Source: Strigamia acuminata
Lineage: Eukaryota
DNA: 64,000 nt
NCBI GenBank assembly: GCA_949358305.1
Contig: OX442314.1
Coordinates: forward strand, 20,832,001 to 20,896,000
Reading direction: 5' to 3'
In this document: positions 53,801 to 64,000 of the stretch, in pieces
Position numbering within the stretch: position 1 is the first letter of the stretch
Layout: each line of letters starts with the position of its first letter
Position numbers and translations under genes: made by a program
Notes under the pieces: model-generated
Seen by the model: the letters and a program-made list of their open reading frames with translations, nothing else
Told to the model about the DNA's origin: nothing
Databases searched by the model: none

Positions 53801-56800
53801 AGGATTAAAGCTACTACCTCCGTTCTTCTACACACAAATAAACACATCCTAGTGCATAGGCTTACCAACTGATATGTCGTGAGTCCAATTACTTCAATAA
53901 GACCATCGTCTGTCCTCTGAGGTTCAAAGCCGGAATTTTGCGAATTCCACGGATGAGTTCCGCCTCCATAGCTACGCAATAGGAAAAAACTCATCAATTT
54001 TAATATCAATTTCCTGCCAAAATACCATCAAATTTGACAACTCATGCTCAAACGAACATCAGAATCAATAAATTTCTTGCAAAACTTCAACTTTTGACGT
54101 TAGCTTTTACGTTTTTAAATTCCCTCGCTTACTTAATATTTCTTAATTCATTTCATGAACTCAAGCTTAATGCGCCAGCATTTACGCTTACCGGTTATCA
54201 ATCTCCATCTAATATCATGATTTAAGCATTTATTATATTCATTAATCACGTCTTAAGAGTGGATGTATTCGCAGAACATGTAATCCGAAATGATTAATTT
54301 GCCACCGTTGTTCATTTTATTTTTCTGTCTAAATTGTTTTTTTTCCCCTGAAATGTATTTCAGATTCTCACCTGGGAATGTTCAAAAAAAGAATAGCGTG
54401 CACTTTCAATTCCTTCAATTTTGGAGTGATGTCCTTTCCGTCACATTCTAAGACCACGTATTCAGACAGATCTTTCCATTTTCTTTGAAGCAAATCCTTT
54501 CCACCAGCCTAAAAGAATCAAGACAAAAAAATCATTTAAAAAAATCATTTAAAAAAATCATTTAAAACAACTAAAATTGATTTTTTCCACTCTTCAAGGC
54601 GTTCTGACATGACATAAAAAATTCATCGACAAGATTATTATGCAAATAATCGATTCCAACGTCCGAACTTTAAAAAAATAATTAATCTTTAAAAAAAATC
54701 ATAAAAGCCGTGCAGAGGGACGTGAACGAGAAAGTTCGAAAAACGAGCCAGAATGAAATATGATTCGAAATAATTCATTGGATGTAGTTTCTCACAAACT
54801 GACGTTTTAGTCATAAATAAACAAAATTGTCGCATTAAAAATGTGTAAATCGATTTTTAATGCATTCAAAAAACACCATAATATATTTTTGATGGTCTCG
54901 TAAATGATTAATAGAATTAAATCCCACTATGTGTTTAGTTAAATTGTTGTTAATTGGGTAAAGAAATTAAAACATTAATAATACAATTCCAACATACCTG
55001 CCCATAGAACATTTTATTCCTCAGCCGACTGTTAAACTTTTCTGGATGGGCTTCTGATTTTTTTTTAGAAAAAAAAAGAGAAAAATAAAAAACAAATTTT
55101 ATATTAATAATTAAAATTCCTAAAAAAAAACCAATATATCAGACGTCAACTACAGTCAAATGAATCGTTCACAAAGAAGCATCAAACAAATCCTAATTCC
55201 AATGTATGCGACTGGAAAAATCGTTAATGTAAAAACTATTCTGAACTTTCGAAATTCCATTTGATGTTTTTCCTCAAAAATAAAAAAATTTCATTCCAAG
55301 TTATGTTTTTTTTTTTTTTTAATTTTTTTTTTTTAGCTTAGCCGTCTTTAATTTTAATTTAAAATGTAAAAAGAAAAAAAACAAACTCTACATCAACATC
55401 TCATATTTTTCAAATTAAACATTAAACAGAAAAATGCTGCGGATTAAAAAATCCAAAAAATATACTCACTTAACTTATCAAAATTAAAAAAATAAATAAA
55501 CTTTAAAAGAAAATAATGTTTCAATTCACTTAAAACAAATATTTACCTCTTGCTTCATGAAATTCCAGCGCAATATATGCATCTGCTCCCAAACTAAAAT
55601 AATTATTGATTACACTCAAGGGTAAATTATCTTTCCCATCTTCACAAACAGTTGGATCAATGTTTGTCGAATTTTTCTCAACTTTCAAATCCCACCTAAA
55701 ATTCCAAATAACAAGTTAACACTCCAGCAAAACCCATCTACCTGCGCGAATTACAAACCTATCTAACTGAATCGTTTCTCCCTCTTCTATGTTGCATAGG
55801 ATTTTTGAAACTGGCTCATCAGTGTAACCCTTTAAAGTAAAACCCATTAAACCAATCAGTTAGAAGCACGTCAAATATGGATAAATATTTAAGTTAAATA
55901 ACAGACGCATTCATAAAGTCATATTTAACTCGCAGTTAAACACATTTTGTTGTTTAAATGTTGTGCGCATGTCCACTGCAACTGAAAACAGGCTAAATAA
56001 GCCACCATTTTTTGAAGTTATATCGAGACAAGCAGTTTAAATACGTTGATTAAAATGCTGTTTACTCTAAATTACTTTATGAATACGCCTAGAAAATATT
56101 GAACACAAAACGCGCTTATTAGCAATTGTAAACACAGCTCTAAGCATTCCGTCAATGTCTCGCTTTCATGCTTAATTTTGAAGCATGCAAATTGTAATCA
56201 GCGGCTGCTTTGAAAATGTGAAAGTTTGAATTTCATTATTTTAATGAGAGCCAAACAATTTCTTATATGCTCATGACAATTGAGAATAATAAAAGAAAGT
56301 CTAATTTACTTACCCCACCCCAACCCAAAGCACGGGCCAGGTCATTTCCGGTACCCAATGGTAAAACTGCAACAGGCGGCGGCGGCACGAATCCGATTTC
56401 ATCTAACACTGATAAAATCCATCCAACAGTCCCATCACCACCACAAGCTAAAATTCGCAAGTTTGGCACTTTCTTATACAATTCCAAACTAAGGTAGAAA
56501 GAAAACGTTACTTTAATTATTGCAAACTTGTATACTTTGCTACTCTTTCTTAATTCTTACCCTGCTTGCGGTCCACCTTGTGATAAATCAAACACTTGCC
56601 TAGGGTTTAAAAGCCACTGAAACTTCTGCATAAGTTTTGAACCTTGGTTGCCTCCACTCTTTGGGTTAATGAAAACGATAACTGGTTTGGCGTTGGGAGT
56701 GGGAATTGGTTTGATGGCAAAAAAACGTTGATGTTCCTTGTCCGATGCCTACATTAATTACAAACATTAAAAAAAGCACACAAAAACATAAAATCTCAAG

Positions 56801-59800
56801 TATTTACCTCTTTTTTTGATTTTCTTTTCGACGACGAGCGTTTTTTCGGCGACTTTCTTAAGGAAGATTTAAAGGAACCCTAATTAAAGAGGTAATAATT
56901 AAAAGCGAGATCAGTTTTCATAATTATTTCTAATTAAAAATCAATAAGAACTAATTAACGCCGCATTCGGGACAGCTGTTGCTGCTAAATAAAAAATGGC
57001 GGAGCACCGCGCCGGGGCGTTCCGGCCCCAATCCACTACTGATCCAACATAAATTGAATAACTACAATTTACGAACAAATCCAAATAGGTACTTAAAACC
57101 CTGCACTCCCGAGACCATATGCTCAACATTGATCATAAATCCTATTCCAGAAAGTAAAATTAAAAAAAAAACCAACGGTAAAGAGCAGCTTGAATTTATC
57201 GTCTTTAAAAAATGATTCTCTTTTTATTCAAACCTTGAAGAAGAACTATAATTAACACGTAAAATATAAAATTAACTAATTATTAAAAGCACTATAATTA
57301 ACCCGATAATATCTGACAGGTAGATTCTATACAAACATGTCTATCTCCTGAACCCTATTGGAAATATGTCAAATAAAACATACATAACTGTGATTGCCGA
57401 TAACTCCCAACTATCGCTACGTAACACGTTACAACCACCTAAACAACAAGAGTTGTTGTATTATGTGGTTATTACATGTACATATTTTGTATTTAGATTG
57501 GTTTAAAAAATATAAACAAGTTTGAATGACTTTATGAAGGCACCAACTGATCCGTAAACTATAAACTGAAAACGGAAAGACAAACCACAGGGAGAATACT
57601 GAATGCACTCTATAATAATGACGATGATAACATACAAGTAGAATTTGATTAAAGCTGCACTGCATTACTCTAACTAGAATGTGGATTACATTTGAAATTT
57701 TCACTTTTTAGAGTTACTCTTCAATCCAAACTAGATTACACCCCCTTCAGTGATCAGTAAATAATTCAATCCATTCTGTTCCTCGTAAGTGTTTGGAGTG
57801 CACTCCCAGCTTCTATGAATGTGCAGTCTTATTCCTTCAGTCGTCATGGAGACAAGCCTAAAGATCACATGACAAAACGTCGCTCCGCAAGACACTTTGG
57901 GTCTTCCAGCCAACACTCCTGCCCTAATGCTATTGCTTTCAAATGACCTAACGGCCTCACATCCTCCCGTTTTTCAACTCACAAAGGAAATAAAAACACA
58001 TCCACTAATCCCACTGTCAACAGACAAAGAGGATAATAAACATGAAGCCTGTTGACTTGTTGCTGAAAAATTGATGTTGAGAGGGCGAAAAAGCACCAAC
58101 AAGCCATGAAAAGAAGTCTAGTACAAGAAAAAAAATATCCAAAGATAATAAACATGTACACTCAAGTCCCCCAAGAAGAGAGCAAAGAGAATCTCTTATC
58201 TTCACAAAGACTTTCCTCCAGTCCCTGCATAGATAACATTAAAGCAAATGCCCGGTCCGGAGGGAGTTGTTATTAAATCAAGTAGTAAATGATTCAAAAC
58301 ATTTGTGGTTAGATATTGCAGATTGAATAAAATAACGAAGGAAATCCAGTTATTGTTGATTACCTTTCGAGGCAACTTGACTATCCATGAAGGCGGTACT
58401 ACGATGTTAGAATGGATACCTAGCGTGCACTGTTCTTCCATTGTTTGCATGCTGAAGCACGTTTCTTTATTATGGTAGGCAGCTTTACACCAAGAACAAC
58501 TTAGGGCCACTATGTCCTTTAATTAATAATAATAATACAAATAATGATTATTTCACAAAGAATTTGAGAAGATGAAAGTGAAGTTCAAATATTGCCGATA
58601 GCATTTGTGTAATTGCCAGTGTTTAATCAAAGAATGCATTTATCACACTTATCACATCGAAATATCTCAACGTTTCTAAATGCAAAGCATTCCTAATTAA
58701 AACTTAAACCTGGCGGCTAAATTTATACCTTCAGATCCTAGATAAACTTCACTTTCACATTCACGAAAAGTTCTAGACTTTTCTTTATTGAACGTCTGTC
58801 CAACCGCAAATTCAGACTGGCACGTCACCATTTACGCGCAGAGACCAAAAGAATCCTAATGGCTGTTTGTTTACGCTTTTGCTGTTTGCTTTTAAGATGT
58901 CACAGCCCACAGAGCGTTCGAGTACAAGATTTGGTGCAAATAAAATCGTATTTATAACTCTAACCACTTTCGCTCTTTGCCAATCCAAATAAACTTTACA
59001 ATTTTGAAAAACTAGTTTTGTTACGACTGAAAACAGACTAAATCGGCCGTCATTTTTGAAGTTAAACAAGACAAGCAGCTTAAAAAGCAGTTTAACTGAG
59101 CTTATGTTGTTTAGTCTAAATTGCTTGTAAGATTATTCGTGTGCTTAAAAATTATTTAAATTATCCCAACTCACCTTATTACTGAACAGCTTTGACTGGA
59201 AGGACTAAAATCACAGAAGAAGAAAAAATTGTCATCCGTTCAGATGATTGCAATCAAGATTATAAGCTTTGACATACCTTGCTACACCGTTTACATTTGC
59301 CCTTTTGATTTCGCCTATGCACCCAATGATGATGAATGATGGTGTGCTATTCAAATACGCATTTATTAGAATTAAATCACCACTAGCCTCACTGGAATCA
59401 CAGAATCGTGTGAAACAAGAAAAGTCAACTGAAAACATGAATTTCCACGAACTCTGCGACTCCTTTCCGTTTACAGATTACGTATAATAAATCACTTTAA
59501 TCAATACCTCTCGATACTGCCTGACACCAACGTCTCGAAATGTTGGTTTGCAGTAAAACTTCATCATTATGAAAATAAAAAAGCAACAACAAATAAATCA
59601 CTCAATGGAATGTTTAAAAAATAAAAAAAAAACTTTAATAAGCGTTAGGGATATTCAGAAACTATTTTATATTTCCTCATTTTAATCACTGGTGACGAAA
59701 CTGCTAAGTTTCAGTTAACTATCATCAGTAGATGCAGTAATTCAACAAACAAATTCCTTCAAACCTTGCCATCTTCTAACATATCAACAAAGCAATTATA

Positions 59801-62800
59801 TATAATTTTATTTTTCCTAGTTGTAAAGAAAAAGCAGAAAATCGGAAGTGAACATCTCGAGTTACTCAGTCATGCTGTACAAAAGCAAAAGACCAAACAG
59901 TGCCAATTTGTTTAATCACATTCTTAAAATCAGGACATTTTTAGCACACTTCAAAACTGCTGCTTGGGTCAACACGTGGAGACACATATTAAGGAATAAA
60001 GAATATACGCCGTTGTCAGGTTTACGACCTTTATTAGCGTTGTTCAGCGGCATCGTGTTGCAGGGCCCTCGTCCCCAAGCGCTTATGCCAGCAAACAACA
60101 TTTCCACTTTGCAATCAGCCAGTGGGTCACACTGCTGGTGCATCTTGGCCACGAGGTTAATAAATCTCAAGTCTTTCCAGAGCCAGCAATGGGAAGTTGT
60201 GACAAAGGTGGCTTGAAATTATAGTTTTAGTGCTCTTGCTTCCTTCTACTTAACACCAGAAATTTTCTTTCCAATAAGTCCTGTCCTTGCAAAGCTGGCC
60301 CTGGGGTCTTTCTACTTCATTTACTACCATAACTTAGGTAGTAATACCTAACCTAGTAATACCCAACCAGCCTACCATCACAGGAGTCAACCGTTGATCA
60401 ATACCATTCGAAAAAATAAAATTTAAGCTTAAGCTTATATCATTTCTGATTTGTTTATAATTTAAATTTAAATTAATACTTATTTCTTTTTAGACAAACC
60501 TATTAAACTATATTCGCCCCGAGAATCAATCCACAGTTGAGGCGAATGGCAGATGTTGTTGCCCTAGAAACAGTACTTTAGTCAGACAAGGGTGCGAAAC
60601 TATTGAGATTCCAAGCCGGTCATCTATACAAGTACTGACTAAAACCAATTCCACTTAAACTTGTGTTCTAATGGAAGCAGGTAACCAGCATGGTGAGTCG
60701 TTCCTAGCCAATCACTCAACACGCTAGGAAATGAGTTCATCCTAGCAACAAGCATATCTGCTCAAAGTGAATTAATTGTTAGCTGGCCCGCTCTAATGTG
60801 ATCACCAGTGCCCTTTTGCAACAAAATGAACAAGTTGTCAGGACTCTCTTCAAGGGTGCTTTAGCATAATCAGCGCCTTCCTCAGCAAAGTGAACAAGTT
60901 ATCGGCACTTTTTCTGATGGCTGAGGAATTTGCACGCTGACCAATGAGAATTAGTAGATTCTCAAGGCAGATAAAATTTACAAGCACAATGACCGATCGA
61001 TGTGGTGCTGGTCAACTAATCACAACTAATTCCAAATCAACCATCCCAAGTGGTTTAAATGACATAAATTAAAATGTCAAATTGAAATTAACAGTCTAAA
61101 GTTGAAAATAGTTTCTGAATATCCCGGATGATTGAATCAGAGTTATTACCATAAAGCTTCAAATTACAGCTATTCAGGCCCGACGAATATTTAAAAAATG
61201 AAAATTTTTTTTTTAGTAAAAGTCACAAATTTTTTGGAAAAAATTGATGATTGCCTATCGCCGCTGACTCCCAGGCGTTTAGACAGGCCCCGGCGCCTAT
61301 CCGAACCCGGCGTCAATTTGAAGCGTTACGATAAATCCTTGGATTCTTTTACACTATGATAAATAATGATTACCTTTTCTGTTACGTACGAAAGACAACC
61401 GGTGTGTGCTGTTATTTTACACGCAGCACACTTCAAGCGTGGTCCCTGTTTCTGTAATATCAGACCAAAAAATTTAATTCCAATACAAAGTGACTGCACC
61501 CAGCTATTTTACAACTACTAAAACCCATCCAAAAGGTCATTTGAACTCTCACTATTCTTTTAGGAGTGAAAGTAACGCAAGTGAGATCCACCTAGATGAA
61601 GTCAACTACATGTTTAAAGCCATTTCAAACACGTGATGAGGACCATTTCTATTCCAGAAGCCCCTTTTTGTCTAAAGCTAGAGCACATTCAGACCCCTCA
61701 AAATCCAGGTAAGACTGCCCCAACATTATCAAGTAAAGTTTTGGAGGAAAGCCAACATGGGTTGATGCCAGAATGCACCTTTCACTACACTTACAATATT
61801 TCTTTTCTTCTAGGAAAACTTTTAAGAAAAAAGTGAAAACCTTGTGTCTTATTTTGTATTCTCTTTAGACGCACAGTAAAAAAAAAAACACGTGCAAAAA
61901 TTGCAAATGTGATCTAAATAACAACAAGATGCGATTTTAGCAATAAATAAACCTATTTTAACCATTCAATTCCTCCTCTCTTCTGCCTAGCTTAATTTCT
62001 ACTCGCTGTCATTTTTGTAATTGCTAAATTAATGTGGAATAAGTTTTTTTAATTACACTAAGTGCAATTTTCATATTGGTAATGAAAACTGAATGTGATT
62101 CAGAAAAATAAAATTAAAAAACAATCAAATCATTCCTACAATAAATCGATTTTTTAGTACAAATAATCAACTCAACATTTTCTTCCCTCCTCCTTTTTAA
62201 AGTTAATTACAATTTTGATTAATGACGTTACCTACTCAATTGTGTAGAGCAAAAGTTCATTTCTAATGACTGTGCATGTAAATTAATTGCTCGCAATCCT
62301 GATTAGTTCCATTCAAATATCCTTGGATGCTTTTATTCCACACCGAAATTACCAGAAACATTAATTTCTCCTGTCCGAGTCTCATCTTTTCATTTTTCAA
62401 AAGTTGGACTCAAATGTACACAATTTTCATCGAGAATCACAAACCCTACAAACGTGATAATATCTCCAACACGTAAATAGTTTATTTGTTTGCAACTTGA
62501 CAAACATTTGGCATACTTTTCCAAGTTAGACAACAGCAATAAGCGCATTGGTGGTGGAATTTCCTAATATTGAAGCGAACTCGTGGCATCTAAAGCTCTT
62601 TTGTGCGGTGATGTCACAACTACTTACATTCAATCGATGCCAACACATGGCCACAATAACGTAATCTTCCATAATCTCGTGAGAATTAAGTTCCAGTTTT
62701 TCTGCTCTACGTATAATGTAAATAAACCGCGATACTTGGACATTTTTCATCCAAAGAACCAACTTTTCAGACATTTCAACTCAGCGAAGAAAAATAAATA

Positions 62801-63055
62801 AAACAAAATATTTTCTTTGCTCCTTTCCAACTCAAACTATAACGATACGCGCATGCAATAAAGAAAATTGAAACAGATGGCCAAAAACTGCTAACAGTTT
62901 TCAAGATAAATGTAATAAACAATTTTCTTGCACAATTTATTTCTATTTCTATATGCGATAACTCTACTTACTGAGCATTCAACTTCATTAACGTAGCAAA
63001 AATCTCCCGAGGCACTCGTTGCGACCCATAGGTGATCACCATTAACCGCTGTTTC
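47892..63055 (-). CDS. DGKZ: Diacylglycerol kinase type IV (zeta/iota; rdgA-like), 5' part outside the window
   Basis: More than 20 exons: C1 domains ([10 protein letters not shown]..., HHHWVHRR...CSWCKAAYH), basic MARCKS-like segment [15 protein letters not shown] (56808-56879), catalytic [12 protein letters not shown] / [10 protein letters not shown] / [11 protein letters not shown], accessory NNYFSLG and PMQVDGEP, ankyrin repeats (GQTALHKAA), C-terminal EDQETAV* PDZ ligand. Confidence 0.95.
48887..49039. mobile_element. Possible degenerate hAT-like MITE in a DGK intron
   Basis: CAGTGGCGTCT ... AGACGCCCAGTG imperfect inverted ends; no clear target duplication. Confidence 0.35.
49490..49770. 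mobile_element. MITE (TIR GGGGCCGTCCATAAATTACGTAA), copy 2, in a DGK intron
   Basis: Perfect 23-bp TIR; same poly-G/TTTGTTA internal layout as 36050-36443. Confidence 0.88.
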
Positions 63056-64000
63056 CTGAAATAAGAAAATACACCGTAGTAAAGCAAACACAAATAGAAA
63101 AAAAAGGTAATCTAAAAGAAAAAAATTCCACCATTATGTGTGATGACACAACTGTAATAGCAAGCGCCGGAAGGACCCCATTGTTTTCTATCCAGTTTGT
63201 ATCACCATTAAAACAACACAACCAAGTATTTTAAAACTAAGTTAACTTTCACTTCAATTTAAACTTCAAAGTGTTTATTTTTTGTCGGAAATTCTAAATT
63301 AATTAAAAGCGGAATTACATTTTCTAGTGACCTCGATGGACATGTAAACCGTGAAAGCAGCCAGTTTCGCTAATAAGGATAGGGACAGATGGCCCGCATG
63401 TTGAGTATGGGCATGCGCGAGAAAGTGAATGAAAAATTCTTTCGTTTTTAAAGCATTCTTTAAGGGAAACCTCACACCGCTAACTGATACGGCTGATCAT
63501 CATGGACAAAAAAGCGAGATCAAAGTAATTCAGTAAATTACAAACATCAGACGAATGAAATGTCTTTTCGTTTTTATTTCCCACAGCCAGGTATCAAGTT
63601 AGTTTCTCTACGTTTCGAATTACACTCATGTGTGCTTGCTGTGTTGTTATCAATTCAGCCAAGCATTTCTAACCATTTGAAGAGGTTGAAACCCCACTGT
63701 CAAGCCTCGTCATTAAGTACTTTGTCAAGAAAGAAAATTTCAAATTCTATTGGATTTTATTAGTGGCCAGCGTCTTGAAAACCCATGACAGACGTAATAA
63801 AAGAAAAAAATTGAAGATGTTGTTGGTTTTGTTTACTTATTTTGCTTATGTTTGTCTGGCTGTTACCACGGTAATTCCTGTAATCCTTTGTATGCTTTAG
63901 TTTTACTTTTACTTTGATGTATCGCGCGCCTCATCGCGCTCATGTACAGTATTCACATCGCTCAATATATTCGCTCGTTTCTCCAAGCCTGTTTATTTAA

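Noticed and set aside
57340..58300. GC-richer DGK intron segment with short ORFs, including AGTGGKS
   Set aside because: Not a proper Walker A context and no sustained homology recognised; possibly a decayed transposon but unsupported.
59848..61000. Overlapping ORFs in a DGK intron, faintly like a non-LTR retroelement
   Set aside because: No recognisable RT or endonuclease catalytic motifs; would need a profile search.

Overview
AT-rich, intron-rich invertebrate (probably arthropod) genomic DNA; the exact organism cannot be determined from the sequence. Gene order: a complete KCNQ1-type voltage-gated K+ channel (-), mitochondrial ribosomal protein L11 (-), BTBD10/KCTD20 (-), cyclin D (+), then a fast-evolving block, then the 3' part of a diacylglycerol kinase zeta/iota (rdgA-type) gene (-). 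The block holds a divergent DEG/ENaC gene, an orphan secreted-type ORF, a UDP-glycosyltransferase pseudogene and two recent tandem GMC oxidoreductase copies separated by a 1.57-kb solo-LTR-like insertion. The most striking signal is in KCNQ, which carries two pairs of tandem, equal-length, same-phase duplicated exons that look mutually exclusive. One pair encodes S2 plus the S2-S3 linker (the variant loses the charge-transfer Phe and several basic residues). The other encodes the selectivity filter plus S6 (TIGYG...PA versus TVGYG...PS). An in-frame intronic alternative C-terminus also mimics the KPYD motif. Other notable signals are four covarying RNA hairpins in the LTR-like element, two micro-inversions between the GMC copies and a GC-AG intron in DGK. 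All gene models were built by eye from splice signals and reading-frame phase; there is no expression evidence.
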